Virus record (IMG/VR): IMGVR_UViG_3300028536_000014
Coordinates: 1-64,000 of that record
Reading direction: 5' to 3' (one strand)
Length of the DNA: 64,000 nucleotides
Shown in pieces: positions 1-10,765 of the stretch. Position 1 is the first letter of the stretch, and the number at the start of each line of letters is the position of its first letter. The notes under the pieces were generated by a model, which saw only the letters and a program-made list of their open reading frames with translations, was not told the DNA's origin and searched no databases. A program made the translations under genes and the position numbers.

Positions 1-342
1 GGTCCGTCCACTAGACAACAAGAAACCCGTTTCATCGCGATCGGGATTCAAACGGTCAAGAATACGAACCACTTCAACGTCACCAACCTTGGTCAGAATA
101 TCAATGGCTTGCAGATAATAACCAGCGAAGATGGATAATTGACTGTTCAAAACTACCCGTGTCACTGGATTGTTTAGGAGATCCTTCGACACGATGGTAA
201 TTGGTTCAACTCGTGTTAACTTCGTTGCTTCTGGAAGCGAAGTATTTTTGTAATAACTGCTATAGTCCTTAGCGGTGTTGAGGAACTTAGCGATAAAAGT
301 CAAACCTGTCGTAATTGCAGTACCAACACTGATAGGATCCAA
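1..342 (-). CDS. phiKZ-like virion structural protein (gp89-like), N-terminal part; truncated by window edge
   Basis: Not in the ORF track. Read by hand: TTG at 342 with GGAG 7 nt upstream, open to base 1 (MDPISVGTAITTGL...TKLTRVEPITIVSKD...FAGYYLQAIDIL...RILDRLNPDRD). Divergent from the gp88/gp87-like pair. Confidence 0.7.
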   Translation of the reverse strand, partial: MDPISVGTAITTGLTFIAKFLNTAKDYSSYYKNTSLPEATKLTRVEPITIVSKDLLNNPVTRVVLNSQLSIFAGYYLQAIDILTKVGDVEVVRILDRLNPDRDETGFLLSSGRT

Positions 343-489
343 GACGCGTCTCCGGTTTTTTAAGTCTTTGATGAGGTAAAAATCTTTACGCTAAATTCGA
401 TAACCACGAACTATAAGATCTCGAAGCAGCGGCGTTAGCTCATTGGATAAACGATTCTTCTTGAATTTATATAGGAATGGAAACAAAAC

Positions 490-1629
490 ATGACAACTCA
501 GATCCCAATCTCTATCGATGATATTTTACAAAGTACAGCAGTAGGATCTCTTGATAAAGCCATTGGAAACAATCTATACGGCTTTAATCACGATCAAATC
601 CCGACTGCTGTTCCGTACAATCGCGAACGTCAAGGTTTCCTATTTTTTGTTCGACCACAATTAAATCTTCAATTAGATAACATTCGAAATTCTCGGAAGT
701 TTATGCCATTAGCTTCAGATGTCAGTGATACAACGATCCACCGTTTTGTTAGAACAACTCTGGATCCTCGATTAATGGTTGGATATCAGTTTGGTAAAAC
801 AGCTACAAAACCAGGTATTGATATTCCTCGTATTACTTGTCCATTAACGAATAACAATATGGCATTTATTCCAGTTTTAACGAATAACATATTGTCATCT
901 TCTGGCTGGCCAGACCCTGTTGTTCCTCTATTCACAAGTAAACAAGGTCGATATAACGAATCGGTGAGCTTTGTAGATGGATTGGTTGAGAACTTCGAAG
1001 AATATACAATCGATGTTACATTTCGAAATACAGTATCAGATCCTATCCTTTATATGTTTTACATCTGGACACTTTATGCGTCCTATGTATTTAAAGGACA
1101 ATTTGTTCCGTATCCAGATTTTATTACTGATAACCGTATTGATTACAATACTCGACTTTATCGAGTTCGTCTGGATCGTAATAGGTATAAAGTCAGTAAG
1201 ATTATGTCAACCGGACCTGCCATTCCGATTGCTTCTTCGGTCGGTCAGTTTGGTGATCTTAATATGGATGAAACATTTTCATCTGCAAATAAAGATATCT
1301 CAATGCGATTTCAATGTCAAGGATTTGAAATCTTTGACGATATCTTGATCTATGAATTTAATCAAACAGTTCAAATGTTTAAGAGTGAAATGAAAAATGA
1401 GAATCGCGATTCAACCATGATTCTCGTTCCACGTTCAATTAGTTATATCTTCCAACATCGTGCTTATCCAAGAATCAATCCTGATAATCATGTCATGGAG
1501 TGGTGGGTTGATCGGAATCTTTTTAATATTAGAACCCAAGCATTTTTACAATCTTTAGGGCAAGCAGATGATGATGCAATTCAATCTGCAATTAACAATC
1601 AACAAGATGATAACGAAGAAGGCGGTTAA
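490..1629 (+). CDS. Virion structural protein, probably tail/baseplate (phiKZ gp88-like)
   Basis: 379 aa ORF; position and size in the phiKZ-like block upstream of the large baseplate gene. Confidence 0.6.
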   Translation: MTTQIPISIDDILQSTAVGSLDKAIGNNLYGFNHDQIPTAVPYNRERQGFLFFVRPQLNLQLDNIRNSRKFMPLASDVSDTTIHRFVRTTLDPRLMVGYQFGKTATKPGIDIPRITCPLTNNNMAFIPVLTNNILSSSGWPDPVVPLFTSKQGRYNESVSFVDGLVENFEEYTIDVTFRNTVSDPILYMFYIWTLYASYVFKGQFVPYPDFITDNRIDYNTRLYRVRLDRNRYKVSKIMSTGPAIPIASSVGQFGDLNMDETFSSANKDISMRFQCQGFEIFDDILIYEFNQTVQMFKSEMKNENRDSTMILVPRSISYIFQHRAYPRINPDNHVMEWWVDRNLFNIRTQAFLQSLGQADDDAIQSAINNQQDDNEEGG

Positions 1630-1632
1630 CAA

Positions 1633-4614
1633 ATGACTGAGATTGTAAGTGGTTCTGCAAGTATAACTGATCTGTATAATCGGATTGGTTATTACAAAGG
1701 ATCTCCTGTCCGAATCGCTCAAGCGACTTATGATTTCCTTGATGAAGTCTTAAACAATCAAATCGATCTAGTTGATCCGACTAACCCATTCATCCTTGGG
1801 TTAGAAATGTCATCACTTCATACTGCACTTGCAGTTAACGAGTCACTTCTTAATCTTCGTCGTTCTTATGCTGGTTTGGCACAGACAGATCAAGATATTT
1901 ATCGGCATATGACGGATGCAGAATATATCGGTCGTTTTGCAACACCTGGAAGTGTCCCATTTACTTTCATGTTCGATTTGAATTCACTTTTAAATGCTCT
2001 GGTGGAAGATACCACAGAAAATTGCATGAAAGCGATTATTCCTCGTGATACTTTTATTACGATTGATACTTATACATTTACTCTGGAATACCCAATCGTC
2101 ATTCGCCAATTTCCAAATGGCGTCATGCAGATTACGCATGATACGTCAATTAGCTCACCAATTTCGACACCGTCTAATAATATCATTTCTTTCAAGACCC
2201 GTCAGGATTCCAACGGAATTAAATGGCTTTATTTCGTTGCTCCTGTAAAAGAAATGACCATTGTTACATCTAACTACGCTTTCCAACAACAGAAAGTATT
2301 TAATTTTAATATTCCATTTACATCTCAGTTCTTATTTGCACGTGTTTTTCAAAAATCGAATACGACAGGTGCTGATTGGGTTGAAATGGTAACAACACAT
2401 TCTGATCAAGTCTTTGATCAAACAACACCAACAGCTGTATTGATGGTAACAAGTTTGAATCTGAATGTTACCATTCCGTATATCTACAATACACTAGGAA
2501 CAGTTTCAGGTACAATTCGTATTGACCTCTATACAACTGATGGAAATATCGATGTCAATATGGGTGGATATACCCTGGATCAGTTTGCTATAAAGTTCAG
2601 AGCTATTGATTCTATTCGAGATACCAACGTATACACAAACATCTGGAGTACTGTCAATTATTTAACTTTCAGTGATCAAATTCTCTCTGGAGGATCTGAC
2701 GGTATAGCTTTTACAACACTGAAAAATAAAGTCATTAACTACGCTTTCGGTGGTTTTAATATTCCAATCACCACAGCACAGTTGGATACAGTAGGTGAAT
2801 TAAATGGTTTTACGATTGTTAGGAATGCCGATACTTTAACAGATCGTTATATGTTAGGTATTAGACCTATCCCTAATATTAGCATTGCAAATACTAGTAG
2901 TACTAGCACTACTTCAACAGGTGTTGTTACAAGTAATAATCAAAAATTATTAAGTCGTGCTAATGTCGGTATGATCCGTTTCTCTAGTGAGATTTCTGAT
3001 CTTCAGACGTCAGATAATGTTGTCAACAACAGTAACCGATTCACATTGTTGTCCAATACCGCATTTTCTTTAAATAATGGTATTGCATCATTGGTAGAAA
3101 GTTCGGTTATCAGCTCGATCAAATCTCAACCTGTTAATTCATTGGTTAGCACAGTGAATGCAGCTAGTTATGTTTATACGCCGTATTATTATGTTTTTGA
3201 TCTCCAGGATAGTTTACTGGATGTCAGACCGTACGATTTAGATCATCCAGATATCGCTAATCTAAACTTTATCCTTCAGAACAACACCCTGGCTTTGGTC
3301 GTTAATACTGGTAGTTACACTATTACAAAGACATCGACAGGTTATACTCTGACTATTGTAACTATTTCAGGATCTGCATATAAACAACTGAATGATAACC
3401 AAGTAGGTGTTCAACTTCGATTGGTGAATGAAGATGGGTCATTATCGGGTACGATCAATGGTGTTCAACAAGGAGTTGATTCGACTTCGAATGAAAGAAT
3501 CTATACGTTTGATATTCAAACGACTTATGACATTGATGGAAACAATTGTATCGAAATCATTAATGTCTATAATTCCGATGGTTTGATTTCTAATTTCTAT
3601 GTTGCATTGGATCGTGTTGTAGACATACTCTATACCACAACTTCTGTAACGAGTGGATTTGTTTCAGATGAAACCGATACATTAGTTAATAAAGCACAGC
3701 TTCCAATAGGTTCTGTAGGAAATACTCACGATCAACTTGAAGTTACATTCGGTAGTTATCTTGAGCATCTCTGGGCGCGTGTTAGAAGCTATGCAACAGG
3801 TGCTGACTATCAGACCTCTCCTTCGGATGTCCCGCAGCTCTATACGAAAGATATTTATCAGATTAACCCAATCACAAATTCCATGCTATTTATAGACGGA
3901 TCAGGTAATCCGTACTATAACAAAATTCACAGTATTGGTGATCCTGTTTTAGATGGAAGTGCGAATCCTGTTTATACTTATCGGGCTGGTGATAATATCC
4001 TCGATAACAATGGAAACCCAATTATCATTAGTGAAATTGGTGCTAAGAATGATTTCGATATCTTAGTCATTGATGCTAACTTGCTTTTCACAACTGATCC
4101 TAACTATGTAAGTTATAGAGATCAAGTTGTGAAAACTATGACAGAATGGATTACAGTAGATATTCTGGAAGTTCAAGCTCGTCTAATCGAAAGAACTGAA
4201 ATATTCTTCTATCCTCAAGCTTCGCTTGGTGTTACACAGATTATTGTTAACAATAATCAGAATGTTTATATTGATTCTGAACAAAGTCTTACAATAACAG
4301 TCTTTATTGATCAATCTGTTGTAAATGATACAGGTGTGCAAAATACCAACACCAATATCATTTCAGACTATCTGGATAACAATATTACACAATTGAAATT
4401 CACTATTAATCAAATGGAATCTGATCTCAAGACAGCGTTGGGTAATAACGTTTACGGTGTTACTATTCGTAATCTGGGTGGTACGTCGGATTATAAGTCC
4501 ATGACCATCACCGATCAACACAATCGTCTCTGTATCGCACGTAAACTGATTGCTAATCAAGATAACACTGTTACGATCCAACCTGATCTTAATATCATCT
4601 ACACAGGTTTCTAA
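1633..4614 (+). CDS. Large virion structural protein, probable baseplate wedge (phiKZ gp87-like)
   Basis: 993 aa beta-rich T/S/N/V-rich protein; synteny with phiKZ gp87. Confidence 0.6.
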   Translation: MTEIVSGSASITDLYNRIGYYKGSPVRIAQATYDFLDEVLNNQIDLVDPTNPFILGLEMSSLHTALAVNESLLNLRRSYAGLAQTDQDIYRHMTDAEYIGRFATPGSVPFTFMFDLNSLLNALVEDTTENCMKAIIPRDTFITIDTYTFTLEYPIVIRQFPNGVMQITHDTSISSPISTPSNNIISFKTRQDSNGIKWLYFVAPVKEMTIVTSNYAFQQQKVFNFNIPFTSQFLFARVFQKSNTTGADWVEMVTTHSDQVFDQTTPTAVLMVTSLNLNVTIPYIYNTLGTVSGTIRIDLYTTDGNIDVNMGGYTLDQFAIKFRAIDSIRDTNVYTNIWSTVNYLTFSDQILSGGSDGIAFTTLKNKVINYAFGGFNIPITTAQLDTVGELNGFTIVRNADTLTDRYMLGIRPIPNISIANTSSTSTTSTGVVTSNNQKLLSRANVGMIRFSSEISDLQTSDNVVNNSNRFTLLSNTAFSLNNGIASLVESSVISSIKSQPVNSLVSTVNAASYVYTPYYYVFDLQDSLLDVRPYDLDHPDIANLNFILQNNTLALVVNTGSYTITKTSTGYTLTIVTISGSAYKQLNDNQVGVQLRLVNEDGSLSGTINGVQQGVDSTSNERIYTFDIQTTYDIDGNNCIEIINVYNSDGLISNFYVALDRVVDILYTTTSVTSGFVSDETDTLVNKAQLPIGSVGNTHDQLEVTFGSYLEHLWARVRSYATGADYQTSPSDVPQLYTKDIYQINPITNSMLFIDGSGNPYYNKIHSIGDPVLDGSANPVYTYRAGDNILDNNGNPIIISEIGAKNDFDILVIDANLLFTTDPNYVSYRDQVVKTMTEWITVDILEVQARLIERTEIFFYPQASLGVTQIIVNNNQNVYIDSEQSLTITVFIDQSVVNDTGVQNTNTNIISDYLDNNITQLKFTINQMESDLKTALGNNVYGVTIRNLGGTSDYKSMTITDQHNRLCIARKLIANQDNTVTIQPDLNIIYTGF

Positions 4615-4621
4615 ATGAACT

Positions 4622-4662
4622 TCCATACACTCAAGACCATTATTAGGTCTTGAGTGTATGGA
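4622..4662. terminator. Bidirectional intrinsic terminator between convergent genes
   Basis: Perfect 17-bp inverted repeat tccatacactcaagacc / ggtcttgagtgtatgga. Confidence 0.8.
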
Positions 4663-4668
4663 GTATAC

Positions 4669-5742
4669 TTATAGTTCCAAATATGTCAATAAAAGCTGTT
4701 TAATGGCAAGGTTCAAAATGGTTAGATGATGAACCAATCCAGAATATTTCATCAGACAATGATGGAGAGAAATAAAGATCTCCGCTCTTTCAACTACCAG
4801 CTTCGAAATCAAATCAGGCTTATCAGAGATTGCTTTGGCTTCTACAGCCAGATCCGTAACGATTTTCAATCTAGCGATAAGATCTTGATAAAATTCATTC
4901 AACTTTGAACTTATATTAGGACTCATGACAAATGTCATTAAATCAACCATCGATACTTCGCTATCGTCATCAAGACCAACAATTATATCAAAGAATAACT
5001 TAGCGTGATGACAGTTGAAAACTTCTTTGATAGCTTTTAGTGCATCTGTAAACTCACTAATGGAATTAAGATGTGTATTGATCAAAGATGTATCAAATCT
5101 TAAAAGATTGATCTTATTCAAATCTATGAACACTCCATCTTTTAAAGGAATCGTGCTGTTAGGGTTACCAAGAATTTTCTCATGATTGACTTGTAATTCA
5201 GAACGTAATGATTCTGAAATACGAATCAAACCAGGTAGATAGTTTTCTTTAATAGAAGTAATCATTGAAAAAGTATCAGTTAAAGGACCTTCAATATAGG
5301 TTTTGAAAAGATCCATCAACTGGGCTTCTTCTTTAGCGACAATTGATTTTACATAGACTTGAGTTTCTTTATACCCAACTTTGGTAGGGATATGTGTAAA
5401 CCCATTTTTCGGAACAACTGAAAACAGTTCTGTAAATGACTCTGCCATGATTTCAGCACGACCAGAATCAATTGTACCCGATTTAGAAATATCATTATCA
5501 ATATCTTTCAAAGATATGAGTTTGATATTCTGATCTTCTACAAGTTTGAATTCTATTGATAAATCTGGAATATTAAATAACGCTTCCAAATCAGGATTGG
5601 GAATCATCGGAATCTTACTTGGTTCTAAGAAAATCTTAGGGTCTGTATTAGACTTAAATATTGGTGATTTGATAACAGAAAGATCGGGTTCATTTCCAGA
5701 ACTTACATCAGGAAATAATGGATCGTAATCGACGATACTCAT
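4669..5742 (-). CDS. Hypothetical protein (possibly virion-associated)
   Basis: 357 aa ORF, overlapping stop/start with upstream gene. Confidence 0.7.
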   Translation of the reverse strand: MSIVDYDPLFPDVSSGNEPDLSVIKSPIFKSNTDPKIFLEPSKIPMIPNPDLEALFNIPDLSIEFKLVEDQNIKLISLKDIDNDISKSGTIDSGRAEIMAESFTELFSVVPKNGFTHIPTKVGYKETQVYVKSIVAKEEAQLMDLFKTYIEGPLTDTFSMITSIKENYLPGLIRISESLRSELQVNHEKILGNPNSTIPLKDGVFIDLNKINLLRFDTSLINTHLNSISEFTDALKAIKEVFNCHHAKLFFDIIVGLDDDSEVSMVDLMTFVMSPNISSKLNEFYQDLIARLKIVTDLAVEAKAISDKPDLISKLVVERAEIFISLHHCLMKYSGLVHHLTILNLAIKQLLLTYLEL

Positions 5743-6245
5743 TAAGTAACCTGATCGTTCGGTTTTCCATCAAAAAACCCAATCTCTGTTGTCAGTTGTG
5801 TGAGATTCAAGATATCGGTAAGAATCGAGACATGATCTTTCTCGATGATTGCTAAATCTTCTTTGGAAAAGAAACGTGTGATACCAAAGAAATCAGCAAT
5901 AGCAGTTTCCTTAGAATGCACCACATTCATCCACCCGTTCCAACACGTCTGTGATTGACGATATTGATATAACTTGGCGGTATAGTACAATACTTTATCA
6001 ATATCCAATTTCAACATTTCATTGAGATCATTCAGCTTACCAACAAGTTTGATCCCATAAGTACGAACAAAATAATGTTCATCAGGAGTTTCGTTGGCAT
6101 TATAAGCCGCTGTTTCCATCGCATTGATGAGAACGCACGCCATTGCGAAGCTGAAAGAATCTGAACGAGAACGTGCTGTTCCTACAAAAGAGAAAATGAA
6201 ATCCTGAGACTTTCGGCACAGCCGGTTCATTGCATACATGGTCAT
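5742..6245 (-). CDS. Hypothetical protein
   Basis: 167 aa ORF in operon. Confidence 0.7.
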   Translation of the reverse strand: MTMYAMNRLCRKSQDFIFSFVGTARSRSDSFSFAMACVLINAMETAAYNANETPDEHYFVRTYGIKLVGKLNDLNEMLKLDIDKVLYYTAKLYQYRQSQTCWNGWMNVVHSKETAIADFFGITRFFSKEDLAIIEKDHVSILTDILNLTQLTTEIGFFDGKPNDQVT

Positions 6246-6263
6246 AATAGATCCTTAGAGGGT

Positions 6264-7664
6264 TTACGTATGGGCAACACGAAGTGAAGCAGATGCAAGA
6301 TACAAATCACTGGCAGAAAGATCCTCTAATAATCGTTGAAGTTGAATATCGTTCTGAGAATCTTTGTGGCCTGGTGTGAAGAAATCAATAAGAAGTGTCA
6401 CCAGATTTTTATATTCGTTTTTATTTTGGATAATTTCATCCAGAAGTTTAATCTGATCAATGGTTTCTTTGACCTGATGTTCAGGAAGATCACTATCTTT
6501 AAGTAAGAAAATTAATTGATTTCGAACTCTTTGATAACGATGTTTCAGATCATCATAAGTCATTGGTTTAATATAGGTGGAATGACTGATTACGTATGAA
6601 CCTAATACCACACCTGCTATTAAAGAATAAAAAACAAATCCAGTACCAGTTAACAATGATGTCACTCCAGCACCAATAATAAATAAAAAGGCTTCGAAGA
6701 ATAATGATAAAAATAGAAATGTCCAAATCGTAATTAAAAGAATACTTCCAATTGACCAAAGGATGCTTCCAGCTAGAGATTGATCAGGATTCAAGAATCC
6801 AGAACCCTGCATTTTATCCAACGCAGCAATTAAATCAGGACCATACCCCCAACGTGAGGTAAAGTTATCTGCTAATGTTTCACTAGCATTATCATTATAA
6901 CGGTCATTCGGCATCTGACTTTCAATTGTTTCTTTTAAAAACTTCATGGTTCGACGACCAAGGATAGTATTGCTTCCAGAAAAGATCTTATCCAGTTCTT
7001 CGTTGGTTGTCTTTGGATTCAATATTTTAAGTTCTTTGAAAATATAGTCTTTTGACAAATCCTTTTTATTAACGGTATCTTTCAAAAGCTGAGATAGAAC
7101 TTGATTATTCGAATTTAATCGATTAGAATATTCATAGGCAGTAAAACAATGTCCTAATTCATGAAGAAAAATCGCTGTCACCATTCCAGGTGATAATTTC
7201 CATTTCAGGAATGTTTGAATATTTACATGAAGTGGATTTGTATACTCAGAAAAGATACCGGATACTTCACACTTTTGAATATCCACGATTCCTTTTTGTT
7301 CCAACGCTTGATCGATAATTTTAAGCTGTTTGGATAAAAAAGCTCGACTTAAAGGGCCGTCGTACAAATTACCTCTAAGTTGTTTATTAATAATCGAAGA
7401 ATATTCATTTGGATAAAATGGAATAACCGCACCAGGTAATCCATTTGGAATGAGATCCAATTTGATCCCCATTCGTTTAAACGTGAGTTCTTCGATAGCT
7501 TTAACGTTAGGATGTTCTTTCCACCTTCGATATTGATTTGGATTTTCTGAAAAATCTTTCATCAAAATACTGAACAATACTTCTATATCTCGAGCATAAG
7601 AATCCGACTGAAAGTCGATCATCTCAAGAGAGACGGTTGTATCCCTCTCATAAAACTTAGTCAT
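6264..7664 (-). CDS. Zincin-like (HExxH) metallopeptidase-fold protein with two hydrophobic segments; phiKZ-like virion protein
   Basis: FLHELGH motif, downstream ETLADNF third-ligand-like motif, hydrophobic stretch at about aa 300-360. Confidence 0.65.
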   Translation of the reverse strand: MTKFYERDTTVSLEMIDFQSDSYARDIEVLFSILMKDFSENPNQYRRWKEHPNVKAIEELTFKRMGIKLDLIPNGLPGAVIPFYPNEYSSIINKQLRGNLYDGPLSRAFLSKQLKIIDQALEQKGIVDIQKCEVSGIFSEYTNPLHVNIQTFLKWKLSPGMVTAIFLHELGHCFTAYEYSNRLNSNNQVLSQLLKDTVNKKDLSKDYIFKELKILNPKTTNEELDKIFSGSNTILGRRTMKFLKETIESQMPNDRYNDNASETLADNFTSRWGYGPDLIAALDKMQGSGFLNPDQSLAGSILWSIGSILLITIWTFLFLSLFFEAFLFIIGAGVTSLLTGTGFVFYSLIAGVVLGSYVISHSTYIKPMTYDDLKHRYQRVRNQLIFLLKDSDLPEHQVKETIDQIKLLDEIIQNKNEYKNLVTLLIDFFTPGHKDSQNDIQLQRLLEDLSASDLYLASASLRVAHT

Positions 7665-7794
7665 AATTCCCCTCTGAGATGGTAATTTAATATTGGGTTG
7701 ATCGATTCATACCATTTCGTTAAACATAAAAAGATAAAAAAAAAAGAATAGGAGGACTGGTTTTATCCAGCCTCCTATCTTTATAAAAAATAGA

Positions 7795-8064
7795 TTATAT
7801 CTTAATACCTTTAAATCCAAGTGCTTTGGCTGCTTTATCGCGAGGATATCCAGATCCACCAATAAAACACATCCCATCCGTTTGATAAAATTCCTCATCT
7901 TTTTCGTGATCAATGATGACACTTCCCATGTGCTTCTTGTCGTTTGATTCAACAAGGATATGTTTCGCTCCTGGTTTCTTACACAATACAACTGCTTCTT
8001 TTACAACCGCTCGATTATTACCGAACCGAACTTTGATTACATCGCCAATCTGAACTTCTTTCAC
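7795..8064 (-). CDS. Small hypothetical protein (SH3-like)
   Basis: 89 aa; IGDVIKVRFG start; early-promoter-like motif upstream at 8131. Confidence 0.6.
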   Translation of the reverse strand: MKEVQIGDVIKVRFGNNRAVVKEAVVLCKKPGAKHILVESNDKKHMGSVIIDHEKDEEFYQTDGMCFIGGSGYPRDKAAKALGFKGIKI

Positions 8065-8216
8065 TGTTGGGTTCTCCGATTTGGTTGAAGTCCATTTTAA
8101 GAGGTTTTCTTAAAAAGCCTAAGCTCATCTAGAGTATATAGAGTTATGATTTTTTAAGAATGGGATAATTCCATTCACTCAACACATCAGATAGAATTAC
8201 TCATAAGTGAGTTATC

Positions 8217-9953
8217 ATGACAGAACAAAACAAAGTTATCGAATCTGAAAAAGATGAGATAATTAGCCGTGAGTGTCGTTTCGTAATTCATGTTCCTAAA
8301 AATAAAGAACGACCAGATTTACATTTAATAAAAGAACGTGTACACTGGAAAAGCGGTCGTTCAGAACCACGTTTACGTTGGATCAAAAATTTCACAAGAC
8401 CATTTTGGATCACTAACAAGAACTATCAAACTCACAAGCAAAAGAAAGAAGTTGAGTCGATTGATAGATTAACGCAACATAATTGTACGCAATCTGATTT
8501 AAGAGATAAGATAGCTACTGCATTAGGATTTGATTATTCACAAAACCATATTCGTAAATTAGCAAATAGTCCTTACTTATACGGAACTGAAATTGGTAGT
8601 CAAGCTATTATCAAACACCAATATCAAACTGCTAATAAAACGCATAATACTCAGTTCTCGGTCATGATGTTTGACATTGAAACCGATATGTTAAATGGTA
8701 CACAAGAACCTATCATTACCACAGCAGCATTTGGTAATGAACTTTATATTGGTGTCACTAAAGATTTCATAAAAGGAATTGTTGATCCTGAAACAAACTT
8801 TAGAGAAAAATGCATACAATATATTTCAGAGTTTACTGACATCTCTAAATATGTTATTACTTATATCGAAGCAAATGGCACTGTCGATCTGATTCGTAAA
8901 GCATTTGATTGGATACATATTCGTAAACCTGACTTTCTTGCAATTTGGAATATAGATTTCGATATTCCAAAGATTTTGGATACTCTGAAACGCTATGGTG
9001 TTGATCCTCGAGATATTCTCTGCGATCCGTCTGTACCAGAACCGGCTAGACTTTGTCAGTACAAGGAAGGACTTAGAAAGAAAAGAAAAGCCAATGGTGC
9101 TGAATATCCAATCGATTATGCTGATCAATGGCACAGTCTATTATTGACAGCTAGTTTCTATGTTATTGACGCGATGTGTGTTTATAGACTATTACGTTTA
9201 TCCAAACAAAAACAAAATTCTTATGGTTTAGATGCAACATTGGATCGAGAACTAGGAGTTCGAAAATTGAATTTCAAAGAAGCCGAAGTCTATAAGAAAG
9301 ATCGTTGGCATATTTTCATGCAGAAGAATTTCAAAATAGAATACATGGTCTATGCGTTATTCGATTCTCTCTCCATGAAATTGTTAGATGATAAAACGTT
9401 AGATCTCTGTTTTACTATCCCTAGTTTTGCAGGTGATACTCATTTTGCAAAGTGTAATTCAAAACCGAAGATGATTGCAGATATGCTTCATTTCTTCGCA
9501 TTAGAAAGAGGATATGTTCTTAATTCCGTTGGTGAACAGAAAGATCCAATAGAAGTCAAGGAAACAATAGTAATAGAAGAAGGCGCAGAAAGAGAACCTT
9601 CTATAGAAGGAGAACCTGAGACATTATCATTATTGGATTGGATTATGACCTTACCAGCACATTTAGTAGTGCCTGGATTACCACTTGTATATGAAAATCT
9701 TCATATACGCACTAAGTTAAGAGCGTTTGTATACGACAGTGACTGCGTATCTGCCTATCCAACCTGTACATCAATACTTAATGTTTCTAAGAGTACAACG
9801 AAACGCGAAATTGTAGATATCAATGGAATTGAAGAATCTGTTTTTAGACGACAGAATATCAACTTATGTTCTGGTTATGTTAACTCATTAGAGTATGGTA
9901 AAGAGATGTTTGGATTACCAAATCTATTTGAATTGAACGAGTTAATTGATTAA
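8217..9953 (+). CDS. Split family-B DNA polymerase, exonuclease/N-terminal subunit (phiKZ gp82-like)
   Basis: ExoI FDIETD, ExoII WNIDFDIP, ExoIII YALFDS, PolB motif A YDSDCVSAYP; motifs B and C absent, as expected for the split phiKZ PolB. Confidence 0.9.
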   Translation: MTEQNKVIESEKDEIISRECRFVIHVPKNKERPDLHLIKERVHWKSGRSEPRLRWIKNFTRPFWITNKNYQTHKQKKEVESIDRLTQHNCTQSDLRDKIATALGFDYSQNHIRKLANSPYLYGTEIGSQAIIKHQYQTANKTHNTQFSVMMFDIETDMLNGTQEPIITTAAFGNELYIGVTKDFIKGIVDPETNFREKCIQYISEFTDISKYVITYIEANGTVDLIRKAFDWIHIRKPDFLAIWNIDFDIPKILDTLKRYGVDPRDILCDPSVPEPARLCQYKEGLRKKRKANGAEYPIDYADQWHSLLLTASFYVIDAMCVYRLLRLSKQKQNSYGLDATLDRELGVRKLNFKEAEVYKKDRWHIFMQKNFKIEYMVYALFDSLSMKLLDDKTLDLCFTIPSFAGDTHFAKCNSKPKMIADMLHFFALERGYVLNSVGEQKDPIEVKETIVIEEGAEREPSIEGEPETLSLLDWIMTLPAHLVVPGLPLVYENLHIRTKLRAFVYDSDCVSAYPTCTSILNVSKSTTKREIVDINGIEESVFRRQNINLCSGYVNSLEYGKEMFGLPNLFELNELID

Positions 9954-10076
9954 TTGTTTATCAAGTGAGCGGTTTGAACTCCTTAGTCGCTCATTCAGGT
10001 TATCATCCCTCCCGTTTTAACCTGATAACTTTAGCCCTGCTTTGATAGCAGGGCTATCTTTTTCTTATTAATACAA

Positions 10077-10116
10077 CTTCATACTCCCAGACCGATAAGG
10101 TTCTGGGAGTATGAAG
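10077..10116. terminator. Bidirectional terminator hairpin
   Basis: 15-bp inverted repeat cttcatactcccaga / tctgggagtatgaag between convergent genes. Confidence 0.75.
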
Positions 10117-10135
10117 TATGTCAAATGTATATCTA

Positions 10136-10756
10136 TTAAGCTTTATAAAACAACAAAACGTTTTGTTTACCTGTTTCAGTGAAAACAAGTGATGTTGTTT
10201 TAACAATATCAACCCGAGATAAAACCTGGCCACGTGTTTCTGGGTTTGCTGAAACTAGACACAAATTCATGAGTCGTTGAAAGACAGTGAGATTAGGATC
10301 ATCTTTCATCCAGTATTCAGAGAACCGATTGATATACCGTTCACCAAGCGCTGCTTTCTTATATTGCCAAAAGAACGACAAAACGATAATCCAATTCCGT
10401 CGAAAATCTTCAGGGGGTGATTTCTCAATAACCTTAATCAGCATCCTGCAGAAAGAAAGTTGATAATTCGCACCAGGAATGCCACCCGTCTTACTCATAG
10501 TGGTACCTGGTGCCATATCTGTAACATACTGCTGCATGAAAGTAATGAGTTCTGTTTTCAGCGGATCATTAAGTGCCAAAGAACGTTCAATTAGTGCGTT
10601 GAAGTCTTTGGTGAATGAATCTTCAACAGGAAGGATTACTTTTCGAATAGGTGTACCAACTTCTGGTCGTTTCACTATGGAATCATTAGATCTTAAAATC
10701 TTGATCTTTTCAGGTTTTATTTCCACTTCGACTGAACTTGTAACAGGATCGGTCAT
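10136..10756 (-). CDS. Conserved phiKZ-like hypothetical protein
   Basis: 206 aa ORF in the core operon. Confidence 0.7.
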   Translation of the reverse strand: MTDPVTSSVEVEIKPEKIKILRSNDSIVKRPEVGTPIRKVILPVEDSFTKDFNALIERSLALNDPLKTELITFMQQYVTDMAPGTTMSKTGGIPGANYQLSFCRMLIKVIEKSPPEDFRRNWIIVLSFFWQYKKAALGERYINRFSEYWMKDDPNLTVFQRLMNLCLVSANPETRGQVLSRVDIVKTTSLVFTETGKQNVLLFYKA

Positions 10757-10765
10757 GATATTTCC

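Noticed and set aside
977-1348. Alternative-frame ORFs inside structural and core genes (977, 2045, 14842, 15088, 19774, 30451 etc.)
   Set aside because: They are nested in long, well-supported genes and have no SD or motifs
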